NCBI GenBank assembly: GCA_030390025.1
Contig: CM059432.1
Location: 111,292,001-111,356,000, forward strand
Length of the DNA: 64,000 bases
Reading direction: 5' to 3'
DNA from: Squalus acanthias
Lineage: Eukaryota
Below the pieces are notes generated by a model. It saw only the letters and a list, made by a program, of their open reading frames with translations. It was not told where the DNA came from and ran no database searches. The position numbers and the translations under genes are program-made. This document shows positions 1 through 13,015 of the stretch, in pieces. Numbering within the stretch: position 1 is the first letter of the stretch; every line of letters begins with the position of its first letter.

Positions 1-540
1 GAGGATTGGAAAATGATGGTCAGGGCCTCTGCTATTTCCTCTTTTGCTTCGCTTAACAGCCTGGGATACATTTCATACGGGCCTGGGGATTTATCCACTT
101 TTAAAGCTGCTAAACCCCTTAATATTTCCTCTCTCACTATATTTATTTCATCTAATATCTCACACTCCTCCTCCCTGATAGCAATGTCTGCTTCGCTCCT
201 CTCCTTTGTGAAAATAGACGCAAAGTATTCATTAAGAACCCTACCGACGTCTCCCGCCTCCACACACAGATTACCCTCATGATCTCTAAAAGGCCCTACC
301 CTTTCTTTAGTTATCCTCTTACTCTTAATATATTTATAAAACATCTTGATTTTACTTGCCAAGAATTTTTCATGCTCTCTCTTTGCTTTCCTAATATCCT
401 TTTTAATTGCACCCCTGTACTTTCTGTACTCTTCTAAAGATTCTGCAGTGTTTAGCCCTCGGTATCTGTCATACACCTCCCTTTTTTTCTTTATCCTTCC
501 CTTTATGTCCCTAGATATCCAGGGGACTCTAGATTTGACC
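1..540 (-). mobile_element. CR1/HER1-type LINE ORF2 fragment (pre-RT region), truncated by the window edge
   Basis: Minus strand reads LKVDKSPGPYEMYPRLLSEAKEEIAEALTIIFQSS, matching the other CR1 copies in the window. Confidence 0.85.
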
Positions 541-725
541 AGATAATCTGTTTTTGTTATGTTGATTGAGGGATAAATATTAGCCTGGACACCGGGGATA
601 ACTCCCCTGCTCTTCTTCAAAATAGTGTCATGGAATTTTTTACGTCCACCTGAGAGAGCAGACGGCACCTCTGAAAGTGCAGCACTCCCTCAGCACTGCA
701 CTGGAGTGTCAGCCTAGATTTATGT
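541..725 (-). mobile_element. Deu-domain SINE fragment (SacSINE1/AmnSINE1-like)
   Basis: Reverse complement matches the SINE at 3164-3600 (AATCTAGGCTGACACTCCAGTG...AGAGGTGCCGTC...CAGGTGGA). Confidence 0.7.
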
Positions 726-874
726 AGGCTAGACAAAGTTACCTTCAAAATTAAGTAACTGAATAACAGATCAAAGTCACAGCAGCTAAGTCTTACAGGT
801 GCCAGTGTAGTTCAGTTGTCTAGATGGCAGAGAATTACAGCAAATTTAACCCTTTGAGCTTTGGTATAATTCTG

Positions 875-2605
875 GAGAATCTGTAATCCTCTCCAAAGCC
901 AATATATCCTTCCTGAGGTGCGGTGCTCAAAACTGAACGCAGTCCTCCAAATGGGGTCTGACCAAGGCTCGAGACAACTGAAGCATAACTTCCTCCTGTT
1001 TGTATTCCAGTTCCCTTGAGATGAAAACTAACATTCCATTAGCCTTTTTGATTACTTTTTGTACCTGTGCACTATCTCTTAGTGATTTGTGTACCTGGAC
1101 ACCCAAATCCCTTTCCTCCTCCACAGGTTCTCGTCTCTTGCCATGAAGAAAATATTCCGATTTGTCATTCTTGGATCCAAAGTGGAATCCCCATCTTGAA
1201 CTCAATCTGCCACAGTATTATCCACTCACTTAATCTGTTAATGTTCTTTTGCAATTTTCTGCTCCCATCTACACAACGTACTGTGCCTCCTAATTTAGTG
1301 ACATCAGCAAACTTGGTTATACAACTCTTTGGCCGGGAATTGAAGCCATTAGTACCGGCCATTAAGGCCAGTTTGAAAGAAAAAATGGCGGCCGCCTCGC
1401 TTGCGGCACAGAACGCGGCGACCGCCGTTTTTGGCAGGTCGGCAGTGCTGCCGTTGCCTGCGCTCGCTTCCCATATTTAAATGATCCAGATCATGACGTC
1501 AATCAGCGTGCAACGCCTGCAATGACACACGATCTGGGATTTTTGACGTCGCCGCTCTTAATGATATCCTCTCTAAACCACGCACGGCAGAACGTGCGTG
1601 CAGCAGTACAATGGAGCCGCTGCCAGCGCTTCTTGAAGGGACACACACAACTTTCAGGTAAGTTTAGATTTTTGCTTTTGGACTGGTTTCTGTACAGTTT
1701 ATTGGAGTAGTGGGTGAGGTGAAGCTAGTAATGTGAGGTGTGCCTCATGTTTGGTAGAGATTGTTGGTAAGTGAGTGATGGGGGTGTCATGCATTGAGCA
1801 GTATGTGAGGCTAGTGGTGCAGATGGTAGGAGACGGCTTTTGAAGATGCATTCACTGACCTTGACCACTGGTCTGAGGTCATGAAACATTTTTGGGCACT
1901 GGAGCCGGGTCCTGGGGGCGACACTGCTGGCAGTGACTGCCTTGGCGATCTGATCCCACATCCTTCTTTCTAAAGGCCTCCTGGCCCCTGTGGGTAGAGG
2001 ACCAATTTTGCAGTGTTGAACCCCTGCACAAAGCTCGAGTGCTGCGTCTGAGACCCTGGCTGCTCTTTCCCTGGCCTGTTGATCCATTTGTTTTAGTGCT
2101 GAAGCACTTACAGCATTTTTGATCAGCAGAAACAAGCTCACCTTTAAGAGTTGCTGAATGCCTAGGGCTGAAGCAATTTTTTTTTTTTTTATCTGCGAAA
2201 GGCAGCTCTGCTTTAAGAGCTGCAGACTGCCTTTAAGAGGAGCAGGCTAGCTTTCAGTAAAGCTAGGCTCACTCCAGCAATGCGAACTTCAGCCCCCTGC
2301 TGAGCACACAGCCTGTCAGCAGCGTGTTCAGTGCTAGGCTGTGCGCTACAATCATGGCAATTAGCAGGCAGCATGAAGCTGATGTGCTGCCTGTGCTTTT
2401 GAACGGGCGTGGGCATATCTCTCACTGCAGTGCCTGCACCCGTTTTCCAGCGGTATTGAATTTCCTGGCCTTTATTCATTGATATATATGGTGAAAAGCT
2501 GAGGCCCCAGTATAGATCCCTGGGAACACCACTTGCCACATTCTGCCAATGAGAGTACATTCCCTTTAACCCTACTCTCTGTCTCCTACCTCCCAACCAA
2601 TTCCC
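875..2605 (-). mobile_element. Degenerate CR1 RT fragment split by a Harbinger element at 1331-2470
   Basis: RQRVGLKG..SGVP, KFADVTKLGG and RPHLEDCVQF motifs; the sequence is continuous across the TTT target duplication. Confidence 0.8.
1331..2470 (-). mobile_element. Non-autonomous PIF/Harbinger element carrying a Myb/SANT exon-1 remnant
   Basis: Ends GGCCGGGAATT...AATTTCCTGGCC; 3-bp TSD TTT (1328-30, 2471-73); ORF 1725-2141 has W..IAKAV......RTRLQCPKMFHDL. Confidence 0.8.
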
Positions 2606-2609
2606 AAGG

Positions 2610-3069
2610 GGATGAAAGGAGTGTTGTCAGGTGTTGTTGAGAGAGATGGCGAGATGAAGAGCTCTCCTCACCCTTGCTGCTCTTATGAGGTAATTGAACC
2701 TCTTCCTATATTGAACCGAGGTCCTGGGGGTGAGTCTGGTGGCACTGACCCTGTCAGCCGCCTCTGTCCAGGGCTGCTGGATATTGGCTCTGGGGATGCT
2801 CCTGCGAGCGTTGGGGAACAGTACCTCCCTCCTTGCCCTGACCTCCTCCACAATGTCCTCCTAGGATGTATCAGAAAACCAGGAAACAGCCCTCTGACAT
2901 TCCCCTCCTTACAGAAGTATAGCAGTAAAATGTAAGAGCAGGGAATGCAATCTTGCTTTAAGAGGTGCATTCCCACTTTAAATAGGCCTTAGGAGTCCTG
3001 CCAGAAAGTACACAGAGAAAGTGGGCGGGCGGCTAAAATGAGATTCCCGCCCTCAGTTAAATTTGGGGC
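2610..3069 (-). mobile_element. Harbinger Myb/SANT-gene remnant
   Basis: ORF 2627-2851 reads EEVRARREVLFP...WTEAADRV...RTSVQYRKRFNYL; TIR-like AATTTGGGGC at the right end. Confidence 0.65.
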
Positions 3070-3163
3070 TTTAATGACTAGTTTAAGAAATGTTTATTTA
3101 ATTTTGTTTTAATGGGAAGTACTGTATTGATTTTGTGCTGCTGTCTAATATAATTCTTTGTGT

Positions 3164-3600
3164 GTCAGCTGTGGCTCACTTGGTAGCACTCTCACACTCT
3201 GCGTCAGAAGGTTGTGGGTTCAAGTCCCACTCCAGAGACTTGAGCACAAGAATCTAGGCTGACACTCCAGTGTAGTGCTGAGCCATTGTACTGTCAGAGG
3301 TGCCGTCTTTCAGATGAGACGTTAAACCCGTCTGCTCTCTCAGGTGGATGTAAAAGGTCCCGTGGCACTATTTCGAAGATGAGCAGGAGAGTTATCCCTG
3401 GTGTCCTGGCCAATATTTATCCCTCAACCAACATCACTAAACACATTGCTGTTTGTGGGTGCTTGTTGTGCGTAAATTGGCAGCCGCATTTCCTACATCA
3501 CAACCGTGACTACACTTCAAAAAGTACTTCATTGGCTGTAAAGCGCTTTGGGACGTCTGGTGGTCATGAAAGGCGCTATAGAAATGCAAGTCTTTCTTTT
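3164..3600 (+). mobile_element. tRNA-derived Deu-domain SINE (SacSINE1/AmnSINE1-like), near full length
   Basis: A-box TGGCTCACTTGG, B-box GGTTCAAGTCC, Deu core CTGTCAGAGGTGCCGTCTTTCAGATGAGACGTTAAACC, tail ending GGCGCTATAGAAATGCAAGTCTTTCTTT. Confidence 0.85.
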
Positions 3601-4480
3601 CTTTTTTAATTCCTCCCTCCTTTAACTCTATTTTGAATGCTAGAGAGACCATGTTCAATTTCATTGCAAAACATACCAGTAGAATTTCAACACTGCACGT
3701 CTCTTTTAGGGCATAATTTAAACAAAGTTCAAATGCAGATAGCTGACTTTCACCAATGGAAATAAAGAGCATGAGTTGAACAGTGGCAAATTCAGCATGA
3801 ATGAACACAGCTCCACAGAGAGTGACCAGCCTGTCTTTCCAGTCTAGTGTGAGAGGTTTGGTTTAATGTATATAAGAAATAAAAATGTCATGTTTGCCAC
3901 TTACTTCAAGTTGGTGTTGAAAGCATAATGGTTGAATCAGTGCCAGAGGTACATTACCTCAAACAGCTGTCACTGACTTCCAGCTGCAATACATAAACTA
4001 GATGAAAATTGTCACCAGAGGAAAGAAACAAAAATATTGCATTTCATTCAGCAGAAACTTCACATCTCAGTTTGACATATAGAAGGATCACAGAAAGATT
4101 TCATAAACAATATCCAATGTATTAGCACATGAAACTAAGAGCAAGAACTGAGAGATCCTTCTACAGTTGCGAGGCCAAACCAGGATTGCTTACAGCCAAA
4201 GAAAAGCATTCCTTTGTGAAACCTAAAGCAGCATGTCTGTACCACATCCAGAACCACATAGTAGACCTTTGACTAAAGCAGAGCATGTGGAGTCAGGGGA
4301 CAAGTACCAGAATGGATAGCAAGCTGGCTACAAAACAGAAAACAGAGAGTAGGGGATAAAGGTGGTTACTCAGACTGGCAGAAGGTGGGATGTGGTGCTC
4401 ATAGAATAGTACAGCACAGAAGGTGGCCATTTGGCTCATCGAAACTCTTTCAAAGAGCAATGAAGTTAGTACCACACCCC

Positions 4481-7400
4481 TGGACTAATGATCCAGAGAC
4501 ACGGGTTCAAATCCCACAACGGCAGCTAGGGAATTTAAATTCAGTCAATTAAATAAATCTGGAATAAAAAGCTAGTATCAGTAATGGTGACCATGAACCT
4601 ACCGGATTGTCGTAAAAAACCCATCTGGTTCACTAATGTCCTTTCGGGAAGGAAATCTGCCGTCCTTACCTGGTCTGGCCTATATGTGACTCCAGACCCA
4701 CAGCAATGTGGTTGACTCTGAAATGGCCTAGCAAGCCACTCAGTTGTACCAAACTGCTATAAAGAAGTGCACTAAGAATAAAACCGGACGGACCACCCGG
4801 CATCAACCTCGGCACCGGACACAACAGCAGCACACCAAGCCCAGTCGACCCTGCAAAGTCCTCCTTACTAACATCTGGGGACTTGTGCCAAAATTGGGAG
4901 AGCTGTCCCACAGACTAGTCAAGCAACAGCTTGACATACTCCTACTCACAGAATCATACTTTTCAGCCAATGTCCCAAACTCCTCCATCCCTATCCCTGG
5001 GTATGTCCTGTCCCACCAGCAGGACAGACCCATCAAAGGTGGCGGCACAGTGGTATACAGTCGGGAGGGAGTGGCCTTAGGAGTCCTCAACATTGACTCT
5101 GGACACAATGAAGTCTCAGGTTATCAGGTCAAACATGGGCAAGGAAACCTCCTGCTGATTACCACATACCGCCCTCCCTCAGCTCATGAATCATTACTCC
5201 TCCATGCTAAGAAGCACTGAGGGTAGCAAGGGGACAGAATGTACTCTGGGTGGGGGACTTCAATGTCCATCACCAAGAGTGGCTCAGTAGCACCAATATT
5301 GACCGAGCTGGCCGAGTCCTGAAGGATATAGTTGCCAGGCTGGGCCAGCAATAGATGGTGAGAGAACCAACATGAGGAAAAAACCTACTTGACCTCGTCC
5401 TCACCAATCTACCTGTCGCAGATGCATCTGTCCATGACAGTATTGGTAGCAGTGACCACTGCACAGTCATTGTGGAGACGAAGTCCCGCCATCACACTGA
5501 GGACACCCTCCATCGAGTTGTGTGGCACTACCGCCGTGCTAAATGGGATAGATTCAGAACAGATCTTGCAGCTCAAAACTGGGCATCCATGAGGTGCTGT
5601 GGGCCATCAGCAGCAGCAGAATTGTGTTCCACCACAATCTGTAACCTCATGGCCTGGCATATCCCTCCCTCTACCATTACTATCAAGCCACAGGACCAAA
5701 CCTGGTTCAACGAGGAGGGTAGAAGAGCAGGCCAGGAGCAGCACCAGGCATACCTAAAAATGAAGTGCCAACCTGGTAAAGCTACATACAGCGGGAACAG
5801 CTTGCTATAGACAGAGCTAAGCGATCTGACAACCAACGGATCAGATTAAAGCTCTTCAGTCCTGCCACATCCAGTCGTGAATGGTGGTGGACAATTAAAC
5901 AACTAACGGGAGGAGGAGGCGCCACGAACTTCCCCATTCTCAATGTTGGTGGAGAGTAGCACGCGAGTGCAAAAGACAAGGCTGAACCGTTTGCAACCAT
6001 CTTCAGACAGAAGTGCCAAGTGGATGATCCATCGCAGCCTCCTCCTGAGGTCCCCACCATCACAGAAGCCAGTCTTCAGCCAATTCGATTCACTCCACAT
6101 GATACCAAGAAACGGCTGAGCGCACTGGATACAGCAAAGGCTGTGGACCCCGACAACATCACAGCTGTACTGCTGAAGACTTGTGCACCAGAACTAGCCA
6201 CACCTCTAGTCAAGCTGTTCCAGTACATCTACAACACTAGCATCGACCAATCAATGTGGAAAATTGCCCAGGTGTGTCCTGTCCACAAAAAGCAGGACAA
6301 ATCCAATCCGGCTAATTACCACCCCATCAGCCTACTCTCAATCATCAGAAAAGTGATGGAAGGTGTCATCAACGGTGCTATTAAGTGGCCCTTACTCACC
6401 AATAACCTGCTCACCAATGCTCAGTTTGGGTTCCATCAGGACCACTAGGCTCCAGACCTCATTACAGCCTTGGTCCAAACATGGACAGAAGTCCTGAATT
6501 CCAGAGGTGAGGTGAGAATGACTGCTCTTGACATCAAGGCAGCATTTGACCGAGTGTGGCATCAAGCAACCCAAGTAAAATTGAAGTCAATGGGAATCAG
6601 GGGGAAAACTTTCCACTGGCTGAAGTCATAACTAGCACAAAGGAAGATGGTTGTGGTTGTTGGAGGTCAATCATCTCAGCCCGAGGACATCGCTGCAGGA
6701 GTCCCTCAGGGCAGTGTCCTAGACCCAACCATCTTCAGCTGCTTGATCAATGACCTTCCCTTCATCATAGGGTCAGAAGTGGGGATGTTCGCTGATGATT
6801 GTACACCGTTCAGTTCCAATCGCAACTTCTCAGATAATGAAGCAGTCCATGCCCGCATACAGCAAGACCTGGACAACATTCAGGTTTTGGCTAATAAATG
6901 GCAAGTAACATTCACGCCACACAAGTGCCAGGCAGTGGCCATCTCCAACAATTCAGTCTAACCACCACCCCTTGACATTCAACGGGACTAGCATTGCTGA
7001 ATCCCCCACCATCAACATCCTGGGGGTTACCATTGACCAGAAACTTAACTGGACCAGCCACACAAATACTGTGGCTACAAGAGCAGGTCAGAGGCTGGGT
7101 ATTCTCCGGCGAGTGACTCACCACCTGACTCCCTAAAGCCTTTCCACCATCTACAGTGCACAAGTCAGGAGTGTGATGGTATACTTTCCACTTGCCTGGA
7201 TGAGTGCAGCTCCAACAACACTCAAGAAGTTCGGCACCATCCAGGACAAAGCAGCCCACTTGATTGGCACTCCATCCACCACCTTAAACATTCACTCCCT
7301 CCACCTCCGGCGTACTGTGGCTGCAGTGTGTACCATCTACAAGATGCACTGCAGCAACTCGCCAAGGCTTCTTCGGCAGCACCTCCCAAACCCACGACCT

Positions 7401-7693
7401 CTTCCACCTAGACTGGCAAGGGCAGCAGGCGCATGGGAACACCACCACCTCCAAGTTCACCTCCAAGTCACACACCATCCTGACTTAGAAGCATATCGCC
7501 GATCCTTCATCGTCGCTGGGTCAAAATCCTGGAACGAACTCCCTAACAGCACTGTGGGAGTACCTTCACCACACGGACTGCAGCGGTTCAAGGCGGCGGC
7601 TCACCACCACCTTCTCAAGGGCAACTAGGGATGGGCAATAAATGCTGGCCTTGCCAGCGACGCCCACATCCCAGGAATTAATAAAAGAAAAAA
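4481..7693 (+). mobile_element. Single-ORF APE-RT LINE (CR1/Jockey group, distinct from HER1/CR1) with a tRNA-like 5' head
   Basis: B-box GGTTCAAATCC at 4504-4514; EN and RT fragments follow; 3' tail GGGATGGGCAATAAATGCTGGCC...CACATCCC plus an A-rich end; sister copies at 18519-19315 and 38765-41265. Confidence 0.9.
4744..7628 (+). pseudogene. Disrupted AP-endonuclease/reverse-transcriptase ORF of the LINE
   Basis: LTNIWGL..PK, LTESY, YRPPS, GDFN, SDH (EN); GPDNI-like, [28 protein letters not shown] (RT); stops and frameshifts present. Confidence 0.88.
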
Positions 7694-8752
7694 CCCTGCT
7701 GCAGGTGTGAGGGCCTGTGGGAGATAAAAGACGTGAATACATACTGTCCAGGTAAGAATGCTGGAAATTATCATTATGAACACGATCATATTTCACTCGC
7801 TGCTGACATCAAGTCAACATGACTGAGTGTTGTATGACATGTGGCTGTCTGATATTTAATTCTGTCACCAAGTAGCTGGAAGGTCCCCATCTCCGACGGC
7901 CAGGCACGCCAAGACTCCGCTGATCTCCAGCCCTCCTCCTCTGCACTTGTGAGTTCTGAGATCTGTGGAGGGCCACCTTCCTTTTTCTGCCTCTCCCTGG
8001 TGTTCTGTGCTCTCTTTTCCTGCAAGTAGGGAAAGAACAAACCTATGAGTGACTGTAATGGCATGTGTTCAGCCAATGGATGGAGTGCATTTGTTGAGAG
8101 ATGTTAAATTGCATAAGGATGAGGGCGAGTGGGAGTCGTGGATGGACAGGTGAGGAAGTGCATAGAAAGAGAAGGGTGGTTGCACCTGCAAGGTAAGTGG
8201 GTGTGAGGAGTGATGTGCTGGAGTAGGCTTGAGAAGGCAGAGTGAGGGGGTTGGGGTAGGTGTAGGTGAATGTGCAACTGTGTCACCTTTCTTCACCTGC
8301 TTAGGTCATTAAACTGCTTCCCACTCCTGCTGCTCACCTCCTCTGCCACCTCCAACCACACTGCAGGTTTTCTGCTCCCATTGCTGCGGGAATAGTATGT
8401 CCCTCCTACTCCTCACAGCCCCCAGCAGCACATCCAGGGAGACATCAGTGAACTGGGGTGCAGCCTTTGCGTGTCTCCCTTCTATTTTTCTCCTTCCTCC
8501 TTTCTCTCCAGAACTCTAACCACCCGCAAATTGCATCTTTGGATTCTCCCTTTAAATACTGGAGTTGAGATCACGTCATGCAGGTCCTCATCACGCCCGC
8601 TGCCACTGATTGGTAGGAAACCCGGAAGTAAAATGATAGTGAGGTGGCTGCGTTATAAAGCCACTGATAAACGGGCTTAATATACTTCCGGGTTTCCCAC
8701 TCGATAGCGGACCCCCCTGCTCCCAGCGCGTCTGCAAGTTAAGATCAGGGCC
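7694..8752 (-). mobile_element. Harbinger element end with Myb/SANT gene remnant (same family as 48606-50690)
   Basis: Terminus GGCCCTGATCTTAACTTG resembles GGCCCCGATATTAACTTG at 48606; exon-2 peptide EKRAQNTRER..GGPPQISELTSAEEE is shared. Confidence 0.7.
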
Positions 8753-10458
8753 TATCAGTCTGTTCAGTTTACAGACACAGTTTGTTAGGTGAAGAATTTT
8801 ACTATACAACTATAATATTGTATGAATATTACAATAAGTATTCCTTTGTAGAATCTGTTATATATTACAGCATTAAAGCATAACAGCTGTTTGCAGCCAC
8901 AGTTCTGGCTGCCTTTAATTGATGCCCGTGATGCCTTAATTCTCACCCTCAGATATGCGAGCTGCCAATGAAGAGTGCAAATAGTGCTAGCAGCTTGCTT
9001 ATTCCGTGCTAAACAAGGACGAGATCAATTTAGCGTGGTCCCCAAGCTGACCATTTTGCCCTTGTTTTCTATGAATGAATTTGGGCACCATTATGGAGGT
9101 TTAGAATGTCTATTTCATTGCCATATGGATGTTGGCTAACAAAAAGCGTAAGTGTCTTCCATTCTCTTAATACTGATATCCCTTCCTCATTTAATAACTA
9201 CATGTCTCGGTTGTTGGCTGTATTGGCAGCCTTTTCATATCCTTGACGTTGTTTCTTCTTTCTGGCCAGAGTCTGAACTACCTGTAACATTGAGGTAAAA
9301 TTTCTGCCCCACATCCTCCCTGGCATGCACTGAGTGCACATATCAGAAAAGCCGGTGACTTTCTGTCCATTAGGTTTCATAGATACAAGATCACGGGGCT
9401 GGGAGTGCACAATTTCCCGATATGTATAGCCGACGTGTGTCAGGAATGACGCAGCAGAATATTACTCCAATGTTCACCATATCTTTCACTATGAAAGTTT
9501 TCACATAGTCTGGCAGCGAAATTTGGCACCTTAGTGCCGGCAGGTAAGGTCAATTTCGGACAACAAATGGCGGCCACCTCGCTAGCGGGGAATCCACCTG
9601 AGCTTGCATCACAGCAAGCTGAGCCTGAATGACAGAAGTCTGAACTTCCACTGCAGCATCCAGACATTGGGTCACTTCCGCTTGTGCTGCAATGGAAGCT
9701 GCAACATCGCCCATCACACCCAGCATCATGGTTGGGTCCACAAGTGCTCTAACGGAGTTGCCCATCACTTCCATCCTGGAACTCATGGGCCTAGAAATTG
9801 GATATCGTTAAAAACTTCCTGGTACCACCGGGGCTGGTGTTAACGGCCGCCGAAAATGGTGGCGCTGGCAGGACTGGTAAATTAGCGCTGGGAAATAATT
9901 AACATCAGTGCCACGCTGATCTGCTGGTGCTTGTCCCGGCAGGAGGCCCAATGTAGCTTGGCCATAGCATGATTGCAGCAAGAACAGCTCTTAAAGCAAG
10001 GCTGTCATTTCAGAGGGCAGATAAAGGAGAATGGCCTTCTGAAATGAAAATAATAAAAATCATATAAAAATAGGCAGTTTTTAGCCCTTTAGCCAACTAG
10101 GTTCTGAAAAAAAAAACATTGAAAAGAATTCCCAAATGGGAGACTTCAGCTCTTAAAGCTGAATTGTCTTCTGCACCTAAAAAAAATGGGAAAAGTGCTT
10201 CAGCACTAACACAAATGGCTCAATAAGCCAGGGAAGGGGCACCCACGGTCTCGCACACAGCATTCCAGCTTTGTGCAGAGGGTCAACACTGCAAGAGAGG
10301 TCCTCTACCCACAGGGGCCAAGAGGACCTCCAGAAAGAAGGATGTGGGACCAGATCACCGAGGCCGTCACTGCCAGCAGTGTCGCCCCCACGACCTGGCT
10401 CCAGTGCCCAAAGAAGCTTCATGACCTCAGACCAGTGGTCAAGATCAGTGAATAAATC

Positions 10459-11263
10459 TGTAAGACGTTTAAATTCACCCTTGTCCTTTAACCTGTCAAA
10501 CAGTTTCCAAAGTTCAGACCCGTCGAACAGACAACACAAAACCCAAGGATTCAAGGATAAATTCCTTTACTTAAAATCAGCAAGAGGTTACAAGTAAGCT
10601 CACACAAAACTGTTGCATATAATACTCCCGATTATATCTAAGCATACACAGGTTTATTCCCTTACTTTAAGATCAAGCGATAATAAGCTAGCAATACATA
10701 CGTACTAACACCAGCGAGTGGTCAGTTTGGCGGTGACTAGATGTACGACTTTAACTGGCAACTGACCAAGTTGCCCCCGACTGCAGCCCCGAGTGTCTTT
10801 TTACAGCATCTTTTATACCTTAAAATTTGGCAAACCTCCCACCGCATACGTGTTCCCAACTGTGTGAGTAATGGTCGATAGTTGTTTTTCTCTTCTTCTT
10901 ATCAGTGGTCAGTCAGTCAATCAGTGGGCCGCAAGGCCGGTTACATTCCAAAGTCTGAAGATGTTCCTGTTTTTGCAACGCCTTAACAGTTCAATAGCTT
11001 CTTTTCCACAGAACTCTCAAGGTCTGTTTCCCTTATCTGTTAAAAAGGCAGCTGGCAGCCTTTACATCTTACAACCATAGCAGTCTGTTCTACATTTCTC
11101 TGATCTTGTCCAAGGTCTTCTTTATCTGTTCACAGTTTTCGTACAAAGTTCTCACAGGAACCAACCTCTCAGCCTCTCAAAGCATGCTGGTATATTAAAT
11201 TTGGTCAACTTTTAAATTTGGTCAAGTTACAGCAGAAGTTATAGCAAATAGTGTGTTCTTACA
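10459..11263 (-). repeat. 3' LTR
   Basis: TG...CA termini; minus-strand TATAAAA (10811-17) and AATAAA (10653-58); preceded on the minus strand by purine-rich GAGGGTGGAC (PPT-like). Confidence 0.92.
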
Positions 11264-11309
11264 GTCCACCCTCAAGTGGCTGTGTTCCCGAATCAGGGGT
11301 CACAGGCAC

Positions 11310-13015
11310 TTACACTTTGGAGGCGTTGTCTTCTTCCTTCGGCGTCTTCTGCAACAGCTTAACCCACTCTTGCTGCTTGTGTCTCCTGTTGACTCGACAA
11401 GTTATTGTTAGTAAATATAACACAATCACCAACTCAATAATGACCAAAACGTGGGAAATAATTCTTATCCATGGATAAACCTCGATACTCATACCGATAT
11501 CCCACCAGGACGAATCGACTCTGACCTTAAGGATTGCTTTACGCAGTTCACAATTTTCTTGGGCCAAGGTATATTAGTGCTTTTGGAGCTGACTAACGTG
11601 TCTCATTAACTCTACCAAGTGTTCTGGCAGAGGTGGAATGTCATAGCCAAACCGAGTCACATACTGGTGTAATTGTTCCTTTAACTCATCTTCTACAGCG
11701 ATATCTACTTGTCTATGCAAATAAATGCTTAATAAAACCTGTGCCCTAAGTCTCACAGGTTGGACTGGGGTAAAACAAAAAGTTCCCGCCGCAATAGGAC
11801 AAGTCAGGTTGTTACCGTACTGGTATTCCCGGTGCATGGTTGTGACAGTATTCACCCTTCCCTCGATATGCAGATCATACGGAAAAATGCTGTCATGGTA
11901 CAGTTCCATGCTATCCCAGCCCAATCAAACCCGCACGCAGGGGCTGCATGTTTTACCACGTCATAAGGGCAGATGAATGAGTTCTGAGCCTGCGCACACC
12001 CGGTAAGCTCTGGGGCCACCCATGTGGCCCCATCCACTCGGGTCACGTACTTCGGGGGTTGGTCATACCTAATTAAGTGATTTCCCTGGCGTACTCCTAT
12101 GTTCTCCACACGGAAGAGAGGATTTGGGGTCACCTTTTCTGGCAGGATGGGATAATATAATACCATCCCTAACAGGTTGACGTTGTTGTGTTCCTGTAAA
12201 TGGCAGTCATGTTTCACCGGGTACACCAGTACCAACCCCCTGACTTTACACATATTCATGGTAAATTGGTAAGTGGACATTGCCCTCAGGTGTCGATCAG
12301 TCACCCACGAGGGAAGCTTCCCCTCAGCAATGCACTGCAGGTTTTCTCGGGCTTGTTCCACTAACCAAGATCCATACATTACACAAACATCATTTTGCAC
12401 GGCCTCACTAGAGGCATTCTGATCCTCCTTTCAAATTAGATTGATCTTTTTAGCATGGGATTAGAAATATTTAACCACGTCCTGCAGATGAATGGTCATA
12501 ATTTAGTCCTCCTTCAATTCCTTCTGTTCCAGACCATTCATTTTATTCAAAATTTCCTTTAAACGATTTCTAACCACCTTTACGGATTGATCTAATTTAG
12601 CCAAATCAAGGCTATTAACGAGGGAGGTTCCGGTATTAAAAACAGTTGCTGCATCGTTTATCAGACCCTGTCGCCCTCTGATATGGCTCCCTTTAATCCC
12701 ATAACCAACATCGTTTCCTTCAATGATCTTGGTACTATTTTCCCCAAAGGTATCGTTAAATTCATTACCCTCCTTAGAGCCCATGTGATATAACACTCTA
12801 AATCCGATTCCGCCAGTGCTGTGCTGGCCCTCTCAAAATTCTTTTATTAATTCCCGTGTCATTCTCCCATATAACCGCGCTGGCTCTGGTTTGCAGCAGT
12901 TCGGTAGTCCCACCTCAGTCAGATTCAATATTACAGGCACCACCTCATGATGCACATCATGGTACAATATCATCCGAGCTGGGATTACCGTTAGCCCATT
13001 TGTCGGTCCCGAAGT
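11310..13015 (-). pseudogene. env: env-like class I fusion glycoprotein, disrupted
   Basis: GPTNGLTVIPARMILYH..VILNL..LPNCC; basic site RGR then fusion-peptide-like GLINDAATVFNTGTSLVNSLDL plus heptad; Cys-rich ectodomain (FICP..ACG..WNCT); SWWD..YPW then hydrophobic TM IISHVLVIIELVIVLYLLTI. Confidence 0.8.

Noticed and set aside
4723..4746. ATG-GCC-TAG-CAA leaky-stop readthrough start for the LINE ORF
   Set aside because: In frame in copy 1, but copy 2 has TAA a few codons later and different spacing; only a partial CARYYA context
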